NCBI RefSeq assembly: GCF_009914755.1
Contig: NC_060929.1
Reading direction: 5' to 3' (one strand)
DNA length: 64,000 bases
From: the human T2T-CHM13v2.0 reference genome, Homo sapiens
Every line of letters starts with the position of its first letter. The stretch's first letter is position 1. A program made the translations under genes and the position numbers. Below, in pieces: positions 29,922-41,544 of the stretch. The notes under the pieces were generated by a model. The model saw only the letters and a list, made by a program, of their open reading frames with translations, searched no databases and was not told the origin of the DNA.

Positions 29922-30219
29922 TTTTTTTTTTTTTTGAGAAGGAATTTCACTCTTGTTGCCCAGGCTGGAGTGCTATGTCGTGATCTCAGTTCACTGCAAC
30001 CTCTAGCTCTCAGGTTCAAGCAATTCTTCTTCCTCAGCCTCACGGGAGCTGGGATTACAGGCGCCTGCCACCACACATGGCTAATTTTGTATTTTTTTTA
30101 GTAGAGACGGGGTTTTGCCATGTTGGTCAGGCTGGTCTTGAACTCTTGACATCAGGTGATTCACCCAACTCAGCCTCCAAAAGTGCAGGGATTGCAGGCG
30201 TGAGCCACTGCATGCAGCC
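29922..30219 (-). mobile_element. AluS (Sq/Sp-like)
   Basis: TTTCACTCTTGTTGCCCAGG and TCAGGTGATTCACCC; complete dimer. Confidence 0.92.
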
Positions 30220-30379
30220 TAGGGACTTTGCTTTTAAATTACATTTACTTTTCCCTATGTAATGCTACCTCAGACACCAAGAGGGTTTTGGGCAAGCTGT
30301 GGCCTCAATATCTGATTAATAAGACAGGAAATCTGATATAAGAAAATGATATAAGAGGCCAATAACTTTAAAAAATTCT

Positions 30380-33300
30380 AAAGGGATAACATCAGTAAAA
30401 ATCATGCCTCCAAAAACAATCTTCTCCATAAAAGCAATGAAAACACAGGCAAAAATAGAAAGAATCAGCTTTTTCAGAACTCTGTATATTGACCAAAGAA
30501 TTGCAGCAATGTGGGGAGAATGTATTCAGGAAAAACACAGAAAGTTGGTAAGAGAGTAAGTTTTGTCATGTGTTAACTTGCCCTATTCCTATCTCACATT
30601 CACCAGCTCCACAGTAGCCTTGTTATACAACATCCCATAGTCATGATGAAAACCAACAGGCTGGCAGCTAGTGGAGAGGAAAGAATGAGGTTGGAAACAC
30701 TTTAGAACCCTTTGTGAAAAGAATTGTCACTATTTGATCTGTCTGGTAGTTTCCTGGAAGACCTAATACGCAAAACTCTTTGTTTGACCTGACTCAGAGC
30801 TTGCCCAATGCAAACAGCCTTTTCCTGAGGTGCAACTGCAAACAACCACGTGCAATTACTGAACAAATCTGCTGAATGAGTAGTAAATAACAACTGGAGC
30901 AAGCAACAGGCTTAAAAAGGAAATGTTTAAAAGGAAAAGCTAGGTAATAAAATGCCATAGGGAGATTTGAAAAACTCTGACATATTTCTCAGAATCTGGA
31001 AGTTTGAGGCAGTGTTGTAAAACTGCCTAAAGGAGTGTTGAAGGCATGCCCCAATATGCACAGGGGAGAGAATGGAAATAAGCAGGAACAAAGATTTTGT
31101 ATTCAGTTGAAATTCTATTGTTACTAATCAGGAAAAAAATTGTTTTAAGTTAAAAAGTAAATTGCAATCCTCATGGCAATAGGAAAGAAAATAACTCAAA
31201 AAAAGCTCAGTAAAAGAAATGACAAGATAATTTAAGTGATACAGAAAAAAATATCTATTTAACACACAAAAAGACAGCAGTGGCATACTGGAATTATAAT
31301 ATATACAGAAAATTAACAACAAAATGGCAAAATCTTACCTAATTACTAATCACCTTTAATGTAAATATATTAGACTTTCCATTTAAAAGGTAATGTGACA
31401 GAAAGTTAAAAAAAGATCCAACTGTATACTGTCTATAAGAGATACAATTTATATTAAAAGACAAAAATAGGTTAAAAATAAGGTGATGGATAAATATACA
31501 CCATGCAAAGAGTAGCCAAAAGAAAGCTGGAGTGATTATACTAATATCAGAGAAAATAGACTTCCAGACAAAATTTGTTACAAGAGAAAAAGAAAGATAT
31601 TTTATGATGATAAAAAGGTCCATCCTTTTAGAAGATACTACAATTATATATTTATGGTCAATTGATTTTGACAAGTGTGTCCTGATAATTCCATGGAAAA
31701 AGAATAGCCTTTTCAACAGATTGTTCTGGGACAACTGGATATCTACATACAAAACAAGATTGGATTCCCCAGCCTCACACCATATACACAATTAAACTCA
31801 AAATAAATCAAAGGCTTAAAAGTAAAAAGTAAAATTCTAGAATTCATAATAAAAAACATACATGTAAATCTTTGTTGCCTTGGACTAGGCAATGGTTTCT
31901 TAGATATGGCAACAAATGCACAAGCAACACAAGAAAAAAAGATAAGTTAAACTTAATCAAAATTTAAAATGTCATTCTTCAAAGGACATTATCAAGAAAA
32001 TGAAAATACAGCTCAAATCAGAAGAAATATTTGAAAGTCATCTATCTTATAAGGGTCTAGCATCCAAAATATATAAAAAATGATCACAACTCAACAATAA
32101 AAAGTACATGTTATAAATAAGCAAAGGACTTTCATAGATATTTCTCCAAAGAAAATAGAGAAATGGCTGACAAACATATGAAATAATGTTTATTTGTCAT
32201 TGGTGTCGATGAAAAGAGTCAAACTCTGTAAAATATTTGAAAACATTTACTTTAAGCCAAATATGAGTGACCATGGTCTGTGATACAGCCCTCAAGAGGT
32301 CCTGAGAACATGTGCCTAAAGTGGTTGGGGTACAGCTTGGTTTTATATATTTTAGGTAGGCATAAGACATCAATCAAATACATTTAAGAAATACATTGGT
32401 TTCGTTCAGAAAGCTGGGACAACTCAAAGCCAGAGACTTCCAGGCTATAGGTAAACATTTTCTGGTTGACAATTGGTTGAGTTTATCTAAAGACCTGGGG
32501 TCAAAGGAAATGTTCAGGTTAAGATAAAGGATTGTGGAGACCAAGTTTTATTGTGCAGAGGAAGCTCTCAGATAGCAGACTTCAGAGAGAGCAGGTTGTA
32601 AATTTTTTTTTGTCAGACTTAAAAGAGTGCCTGGCTCTTAGATGATTATCTCCTGGATCTGGGAAGGAAGGATGGAAAACAAAGGGAAAAAGGGATTCTC
32701 CATAGAGTGTGGATTTTTCCCATAAGAGACTTTGCAGGACAATTTCAAGGTATGGCAAGGAAATAAATTTTGGGGTTAAATATTTTTTCCTTGTCTCACA
32801 ATGTTATGCCAGAGTCAGATTAAAAACTAAGTCACAATATATAGGATCAAATAAAATCCATCTGATGAGAATTTATGGTTTGTAGGCATGACTTCCTAGA
32901 CCCCTTAGGTAACAATTTGGGAAAGATAAGAAATCAGAGCTTCGTCCTCTTTGGAAATGCAAATCAAAACCTCAGAGAGCTATGACTTTACACCAACTAG
33001 AATGACCATACTAAAATAGACAAGCAACAACAATTGGCTAGGATGTGGAGAACTTAGAAGATTACTCAGAATAATCAAAAAATGGAAACAATGCAACTAT
33101 CCATCAACTGATAAATGGATAAACTTACAATGGGCTACTATTTACCTATATAAGGAATGAAATATTGATTAATGGTATAATATGCATAAACCTGTAAAAT
33201 ATTAGCTAAGTGAAAAAACCAGACCCTAAAAGCCATATATTATATCATTCCATGTATAGAGAGTGCCCAGAATAGGCAAATCCAGAAATAGAAAGTGGAT

Positions 33301-33480
33301 CAAAAGTTGCCAAAGGTTGAGTGTAAGAGGAAATGCAGAGTGACTGCTAAAATCAACAGGAGATTTTTTGGGGAAGGACACCAAAAATGTAGTAAATTAG
33401 ATATTAATAATGGTCACACAACTTTGTGAATATACCAAATGCCACTGAATTTCATGGTATTTGACTTATATTTTGTTTTC
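30380..33480 (+). mobile_element. Old L1M with 5' region, ORF2 start, large internal deletions and 3' end; interrupted by MER4E
   Basis: IILISEKIDFQTK...EDTTII (endonuclease) joined to NSLFNRLFWDNWIS (C-terminal); 3'UTR TGTGAATATACCAAATGCCACTGAAT. Confidence 0.78.
32204..32950 (-). mobile_element. MER4E-type ERV1 solo LTR
   Basis: TGTCGATGAAAAGAGTCAAACTCTGTAAAATATTTG ... AAATCAGAGCTTCGTCCTCT termini; 4 bp TSD TTGG (32200-32203, 32951-32954). Confidence 0.87.
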
Positions 33481-33579
33481 TAAAATGGCTCTAAAATACT
33501 CTGTTTTAGCAACTAGACAACATCCCTTACTATAACCTCCTAATTGTCACTGATGGATTATATATCCATCATTGAGTTG

Positions 33580-33730
33580 TGGGTTAAGCACCATTGCAGT
33601 TAATTTTAAAGATAAAGAAAAAGACACTGAGAAAAGTTAAGAAACTTATGGTTATGCCATGGAGGAGAAGGATTTTAAGGTCTGCTGTTTGTGATTCCAA
33701 GTTTATCCTCTAAACTTACACATAATGCTA
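33580..33730 (-). mobile_element. Probable MIR fragment just before the satellite
   Basis: ACACTGAGAAAAGTTAAGAAACTT ... GTTTGTGATTCCAAG. Confidence 0.5.
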
Positions 33731-33767
33731 CCTCATATGATAACGCAGAACAATTCAGTTTTTTTAG

Positions 33768-35855
33768 CGTGACTTAATTCAGCTCACAGAGTTAAAATTT
33801 TCTTTAGTTTCAGCAATTTAGAAACACTGTTTTTGTCCATTCTGTGAATGGACATTTGGGAGCTCATTGAGGCCAACTGCAAAAAAGCAAATATCCCAAG
33901 ATAAAAACTAGAAGGAAGCTATCTGGGAAACTGTATTGTGAAGTAAGCATTCATCTCACAGAGTTAAAACTTTCTTTTCACTCAGCAGTTTGGAAATACT
34001 GTTTTTGTAGAATCTGCGAAGGGATATTTTGGAGCACATTGAGGCCTGTGGTGAAAAAGAAAATATCTTCAGATAAAAACTAGAAATAAGCTTTCTGAGA
34101 AACTGCTTTGTGAGGTTTGCATTAATCTCAAAGATTTGAACCTTTCTTTTGATTCAGCTATTTGGAAACACTGTTTTTGTCCGTTCTGCGAATGGATGTT
34201 TGGGAGCTCATTGAGGCCAATAGCGAAAAAATGAATATCTCAGGATAAAAACTAGAAGGAAGCTATCTGGGAAATGGTTTTGTGATGTGTGCATTCATCT
34301 CACAAAGTTAAATCTTTCCTTTCTTTCAGCAGTTTGGAAACACTGTATCTGTAGAAACTGTGAAGGGATATTTTGGAGCACATTGAGGCCTATGGTGAAA
34401 AAGAAAATATCTTCAGATAAAAACTGGAAAGAAGCTTTCTGAGAAACGGCTCTGTGGTGTGTGCATTCACCTCACAGAGTTAAACGTTTCTTTTTATTCA
34501 GTAGTTTGGAAACACTGTTTTGGTCTCTTCCATGAATGGACTTTTGGGAGCTCATTGAGGTCAATGGTGAAAAACCAGATATTCCAGGATAAAAACTAGA
34601 AGGAAGCTATCTGAGAAACCGCTTTGTGATGTGTGCATTCATCTCACAGCATTAAACCTTTCTTTTCATTCAGAAGTTTGGAAACACTTTGCAGAATCTG
34701 CAGAGGGATATTTGGCAGCTCATTGAGGCCTATGGTGTAAAAGAAAAATATCTTCAGAAAAAAACTAGTAACAAGCTTTGTGAGAAACTGCTTTGTGATG
34801 TCTGCATTCATCTCACATAGGTAAAACTTTCTTTGTATTCAGCAGTTTGGAAACACTGTTTTTGTCCACTCTGTGAATGGTCATTTGGGAGCTCATTGTG
34901 GACAACGGTGAAAAAGCAAATATCCAGGGATAATAACTAGAAGGAAGCTATCTGAGAAAACATTTTGTGAAGTGTGCATTCATCTCACAGAATTAAACCT
35001 TTCTTTTGATTCGGCAGTTTGTAAACACTGTTTTTGTACATTCTGCGAATGGACATTTGGGAGTGCATTGAGGCCTATGGTGAAAAAGAAAACATCTTCT
35101 GATCAAAATTAGAAGTTTTCTGAGAAACTGCTTTTTGATGTGTGCATTCACCTCTCATAGTTAAATTTTTCTTTCATTCAGCACTTTGAATACATTGTTT
35201 TTGTAGGATCTGTGGAGGGATACTTGTGAGCACATAGAGTCCAATAGTGAAAAAGAAAATATCTTCAGATAAAACTAGAAATAAGCTTTCTGAGAAACTA
35301 TTTGTGTTATGTGCATTAATCTCACAAAGGTAAACCCCTTTCTTGGCATTCAGCAGTTTGGAAACAGTGTTTTTGTAGAATCTTTGAAGAGATATTTGGG
35401 AGCACGTTGAGGCCTATGTTGAATTAAAAAAACCTTCAGAAAAAAATAGAAAGAGGGTTTCAGAGAAACTGCTTTGTGATGTGTGCATTCTTCTCACAGA
35501 GTTAAACCTCTCTTTACTTTCAGCAGTTTGGAAACACAGATTTTGTCCATTCTGCCAATGGACATTTGGGAGCTCACTGAGGCCAATGGTGAAAAAGTGT
35601 ATCTTCCAGGATAAAAACTAGAAGGAAACTATCTGAGAAACCACTTTTTGATGTGCGTATTCATCTCACAAAGTTAAACCTTACTTTTCCTTCAGCAGTT
35701 TGTAAACACTGTTTTTTTAGAATATGTGAATGGATATATGGGAGTGCATTGAGGCTTATGGTGAAAAAGAAAATATCTTCTGATAAAAATTAGAAAAAGG
35801 CTATCTGAGTAACAGCTTTGTGATGTGTACATTCGTCTCACAGAGTTAAACCTTT
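33768..35855 (+). repeat. Diverged alpha satellite block 1 (about 12 monomers, two alternating types)
   Basis: ~171 bp period; GTGATGTGTGCATTCATCTCACAGAGTTAAAC; alternating GTCCATTCTG..GGACATTTG..CCCAGGATA and GTAGAATCTG..GGGATATTT..CTTCAGATA monomers. Confidence 0.97.
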
Positions 35856-35863
35856 GTTTAACT

Positions 35864-38800
35864 TTTGTTTTTATCCTGGGATATTCACTTTTTTGCCATT
35901 GGCCTCATTGAGCTCCCAAATGTCCATTCACAGAATGGACAAAAACAGGGTTTCCAAACTGCTCAATCAAAAGAAAGCTTAACTCTGTGAGACTAATGTA
36001 CCCATCACAAAGCAGTTTTTCAGAAAGGTTATTTCTAGTTTTTATCTGAGGATATTTTCTTTTTTGCCATAGGCCTCAATGTGCTCCCAAATATCCCTTC
36101 GCAGATTCTAAAAAACAGTGCTTCCAAACTGCTGAATGAAGGGAAAGATTTAACTCTGTGAGATGAATGCACATATCACAAAGCAGTTTCTCAGATCACT
36201 TTCTTCAAGTTGTTATCCTGGGATCTTTCTTTTTTGCCATTGGCCTCAATAACCTCCCAAATGTCCATTCACAGAATGGGCAAAAACGGTGTTTCCAAAC
36301 TGCTGAATCAAAAGAAACATTTCACTCTTTGAGATGAAAGCACACATCACAAAGCAGTTTCTCAGAAAGCTTATTTCTAGTTTTTATCTGAAGATATTTT
36401 CTTTTTCACCTTAGGCTTCAATGCGCTCCCAAATATCTTTTCAAAGAGTCTACAAAAACAGTGTTTCCACACTGCTGAATGAAGTGAAAAGTTTCCCTAA
36501 GTGAGATGAATGCACACATCAAAAAGCAGTTTCTCAGAAAACTTCTTTCTAGTTTTTATCTGAAGATATTTTCTTTTTCAACATAGGCCTCAAGCACTCC
36601 CAAATAGCCCCACACAGATTCAACAAAAACAGTGCTTCCAAACTGCTGAATGAAAAGAAAGGTTTAACTATGTAGGTTGAATGCACACATCACAAAGCAG
36701 TTTCTGAGATAGCTTCCTTCTAGTTTTTATCCTGTGACAGTTGCTTTTTTACCATTGTCCTCAGTGAGCTCTCGAATGTCCATTCACAGAATGCAGAATG
36801 CACAAAAACCATGTTTCCAGACGGCTAAATCAAAAGAAACGTTTGACTATGTGAGATGAATGCACATATCACAAGGCAGCTTCTCAGAAAGCATCTTTCT
36901 TGTTTTTATCTGAAGATATATTCTTTTTCACCATAGGCCTCGCTGTACTCCCAAATATCCTTTTGCAGATTCTACAAAAACAGTGTTTCCAAACTGCTGA
37001 ATGAAAAGGAAGGTTTAACTCTGTGAGATTAATGGACACATCATGAAGAGGTTTCTCAGATAGCTTCTTTCTATTTTTTATCCTGGGATATTCTCTTTTT
37101 CACCACTGGCCTCAAAGAGCTCCCAAATGTCCATTTACGGAATGCACAAAAATGGTGTTTCTAACCTGCTGAATCAAAAGAAAGGTTTAATTTTGTGAGA
37201 TGAATGCATACATCACAAAGCAGTTTCTCAGAAAGCTTCTTTCTACTTTTTATCTGAAGATAATTTCTTTTTCACCGTAGGACTCAATGTGGTCCCAAAT
37301 ATCTCTGTGCAGATTCCACCAAAACAGCATTTCCAAACTGCTGCATGAAAAGAAACTTTTAACTCTGTGAAATGAATGCACAGCACACAAAGCCGTTTCT
37401 CAGGTAGCTTCCTTCCAGTTTTTTTCCTGGGATATTCGTTGTTTCACCATTGGCCTCAATGAGCTCACAAATGACCATTCACAAAATGGACAAAAACAGT
37501 GTTTGCAAACTCCTCAATCAAAAAGTGGTTTAACTCTGTGAGATGAATGCACACATCACAAAGCGGTTTCTCAGAAAGCTTATTTCTACTTTTTATGTGA
37601 GGATATTTTTTTTTCACTGTAGGCATCAATACTTTCCCAAATATCCCTTCAGAGATTCTACAAAAACAATGTGTCCAAACTGCTGAATGAAAAGAAAGGT
37701 TTAACTCTGCCAAATGAATGCACAGATCATGAAGCAGTTTCTCAGAGAGCTTCATTCTAGCTTTGATACTTGGATATTCACTTTTTCACCATTCACCTCA
37801 ATGAGCTTCACAATGTCTATTTGCTGAATGTTCAAAAACAGCATTTCCTAACTTCTCAAATGAAAGTTTTATTTCTGTGATATGAATGCACACATCACAA
37901 AGCAGTTTCTCAGAAACCTTTCTAGTTTTGATCTGAAGATATTTTCTTTTTAACCATAGGTCTCAATGTGTTCCCAAATATTCCTTGGCAGATTCTACAA
38001 AAACAGTGTTTCCACACTGCTGAATGAAAAGAAAGGTTTAACTCTGCGAGATGAATGCATAAAGAAAGTTTTAACTCTGTGAGATAAATACACACATCAC
38101 AAAGTGGTTTCTCAGACAGCTTCATTCTAGTTTTTATTCTGGGATATTCACTTTTTCACCACTGGCCTCAATGATTTCCCACATGTCCATTTACAGAATA
38201 GACAAAAACTGTGTAATGAAACTGTTGAACCAAACAGAAAGATTTAACTCTGTGATATGAATGCACACGTCACAAAGCAGTTTCTCAGAAAGCTTCTTTC
38301 TAGTTTTTATCTGAAGATATTTGATTTTTCACCACAGGCCTCAGTGCACTCCCAAATATCCCAGTGTAGATTGTACAAAACTAGTGTTTCCAAATGGCAG
38401 AATGAAAAGAAAGTTTTAACTCTGAGTAATGAATGCACATATCACTAAGTGGTTTCTCAGATATCTTCCTTCTAGTTTTTATCCTGGGATATTCCCTTTT
38501 TTGCCATTGGCCTCAATGAGTTCCCGAATGTCCATTCCCAGAATGGACAAAAACAATGTTTCCAAACTGCTCAATCAAAGGAATGGTTTAACACTGTGAG
38601 ATGAATGCACACATTATGAAGCAGTTTCACAGAAAGTTTCTTTAGTTTATATCTGAAGATATTTCCTTTTTCACCATAGGACTCAATGTGCTACCAAAAA
38701 TCCCTTAGCAGATTCTACAAAAACAATGTTTCAAAACGGCTGAATGAAAAGAAAGGTTTAACTCTGCATGATGAATGCTCCATCACAAAGCAGTTTCTCA

Positions 38801-40042
38801 GATACATTCCTTCTAGTTTTTATCCTGAGATATTCACTTTTTCACACTTGTCCTTAATGAGCTCCCAAATGTCAATTCACAAAATGGACAAAAACCATGT
38901 TTCCAAACTTCTGAATTGAAAGAAAAGTTTAAGTCTGTGAGATGAATGCACACATCACAAAGCAGTTCCTAGAAATCTTCTTTCAAGTTTTTATCTGAAA
39001 ATATTTTCTTTTTCACCATAGGTCTCAATGTGCTCCAAAATATCCCTTCACAGATTCTACAAAACCAGTGTTACCAAACTGCTGAATGAAAAGAAAGTTT
39101 TAACTCTGAGAGATGAATGCACACATAACAAAATGATTGCATAGATGGCTTGCTTGTAGTTTTTATCCTGGGATATTCACTTTTTTGCCATTTGCCTCAA
39201 AGAAGCCCAAAATGTCCATTCCCAGAATAGACAAAAACTGAGTTCCCTAACTGCTGAATCAAAAGAAAGTTTTAACTCTGTGAGACGAATGCACACATCC
39301 AAAGCAGTTTCTCACAAAGCTTCTTTGTAGTTTTTATCTGAACATATTTTGTTTTTCACCGTAGGCCTCGATGTGCTAACAAATATCCCTTTGCATATTG
39401 TACCAAAACAGTGTTTCCTAACTGTCGTATGAAAAGAAAAGTTTAACTCTGTGAGATGAATGCACACATCACAACACGGTTTCTTATATAGCTTCCTTCT
39501 AGTATTTGTCCTGGGATATTCGCTTTTTCACCATTGGCCTCAATGAGCTCCGAAATGTCCATTTGCAGAATACACAAAAACAGTGTTTCCAAACTGCACA
39601 GTGAAAAGAATGCTTTAACTCTTTAAGATGAATGCTCACATCACAAAGCAGTTTTTCAGAAAGCTTCCTTCTAGTTTTTATCTGAAGATATTTTCTTTTA
39701 AACCATAGGCCTCAATGCACTCCCAAATATCCCATCACAGATTCTGCAAAAAAATGTGTTTATGTGAAGTTTTTTTTCTTTTTCACCACAGGCCTCAATG
39801 TGTTCACAAATATCCTTTCCCAGATTCTACAAAAAGAGTGTTTCCAAACTGCTGAATGAAAAGAAAGATTTAACTCTGTGAGAAGAATGCACATATCACA
39901 AAGTGGTTTCCCAGAGAGATTCGTTCTAGCTTTTTTCCTTGAATATTCACTTTTTTGCCATTGGCCTCAATGAGTTCCCAAATGTCCATTTGCAGAATGG
40001 ACAAAAACAGTGTTTCCAAACTGCTCAATCAAAGAATGGTTT
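35864..40042 (-). repeat. Diverged alpha satellite block 2a, reverse orientation
   Basis: GTTTAACTCTGTGAGATGAATGCACACATCAC recurring at ~171 bp; same two monomer types. Confidence 0.97.
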
Positions 40043-40049
40043 TATCTGG

Positions 40050-40297
40050 GGAAACCAAGGACATTATTCTTCCACCCCCCTCAATAGAGTGACAATATTT
40101 TCCATGGCTACATGGACCCTTCCCTGTTTTAACAGGTCTACATCTAAAGTTCCTTTTTCAGGAAACCAAGGACCGTATTTTTCTACTGCAATGAATAGAG
40201 TGACCATATTTTCCATGGGCACACGAACCTTTCTCTGTTTTAACAAGAGTTTAATATAGTAGATATAAGTATAATGTTTATACTCTGTGTGACCCAT
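40050..40297 (-). pseudogene. gag: HERV-K gag matrix (p10/MA) N-terminal remnant with internal 111 bp-period duplication
   Basis: MGHTEYKHYTYIYYIKLLLKQ...VEKYGPWFPEKGTLD resembles HERV-K Gag (IKILLKRG...CPWFPEQGTLD). Confidence 0.88.
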
Positions 40298-40435
40298 AGG
40301 TAACCCAGACCATACACAGACTACTCACCAGTTGTCAGGGAGTTGAACAAGCATTTCTGTGGACTGAACTGATGATGTTTCTCCACACACACTAAAGGGA
40401 ATCGGGTTCCCTCATGCACTTGGGAAAAAGAGAAA

Positions 40436-40452
40436 ACCACATTGGTGCACCA
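40436..40452 (-). promoter_or_regulatory. Retroviral primer-binding site (tRNA-Lys type, degenerate)
   Basis: TGGTGCACCAATGTGG two bases from the LTR end, similar to HERV-K TGGCGCCCAACGTGG. Confidence 0.75.
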
Positions 40453-41544
40453 GATATTGGGGGAACCAGCCCCTGATATTTCAAAGTAAGTTCTTTTCTC
40501 TTTTCCCTACATGTTGGCCAGTCTGAGAAATACAGGAAAAGAATACAAAAGAGAAAATTTTAAATCTGGTTTTCTGGGGCAGATATCACATGTCGCCCTG
40601 TTCAGTGATGCCCCCTGAGCCATAAAACCAGCAAGTTTTATTAGCAATTTTCAAAGAGGAGGGAGGGTATGAATAGGATATGGGTCACACAGAGATCACA
40701 TGCTTCAAGGGCAACAAAATATCACAAGGCAAATGATCTGGGCAAGGTCAAAAGGCCAGGACAAATCTAGAATTACTAATGAGGTTCCCGTTCCTGCTGT
40801 ACGGGCATTGTCATTGATAAACATTAGGAAACAGGGTTTGAGAGCAGACAACTGATCTGACTAAAACTTACTAGGCAGGAATTTCCTAATCCAAATAAGC
40901 CAGTTGGTGCTGCAGGAGACTAAGGTGTGTCTCATCCCTATTTACAACTGCATAAGGCAGACACTACCAGAGCGGCCATTTTAGAGGGTGCTCCCAGGAA
41001 TGCATTCTTTTCCCAGGTCTGTTAATTATTAACATTCCTTACTGGGGAAATAATTCAGCAACATTTCTCTTACCAGTTTTTGGCAATAAGAGAAATATGG
41101 CTCTATGCTGCATGGCTCCCAGGCAGTCAAACCTATTGGTTATCTCCCTTGTTCCCTGAACATTGCTGTTATCCTGTTCTTTTTTCAAGGTGCCCAGATT
41201 TCATATTGTTCTAACACACATGCTTTATGAAAAATTTGTGCAGTTAACACAATCATCACAAGGTCCTGAGGCAACATACATCCTCAGTTTACAAACATGA
41301 CATGATTAAGAGATTAAAGTAAAGACAGGTATATGAAATTATAAGAGCATTGATTGGGAAAATGATAAATGTTCATGAAATCTTCACAATTTATGTTCAG
41401 AGATTGCAGTAAAGACAGGCATAAGAAATTATAAAAGTATAAATTTGGAGGACTAACAAATGTCCACAAAATCTTCACAATTTATGTTCTTCTGTCATGG
41501 CTTCAACCAGTCCCTCCTTTTGGGGTGCCTGACTTCCTGCAACA

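Larger units (their letters stand above)
40043..41544 (-). mobile_element. Truncated HERV-K11 (HML-8) provirus: MER11 5' LTR (40455-41544), primer-binding site, leader and start of gag
   Basis: LTR colinear with 14349-17575; TGGTGCACCAATGTGG adjacent to the LTR on the minus strand; betaretroviral matrix peptide; GGTTT on both sides. Confidence 0.92.
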
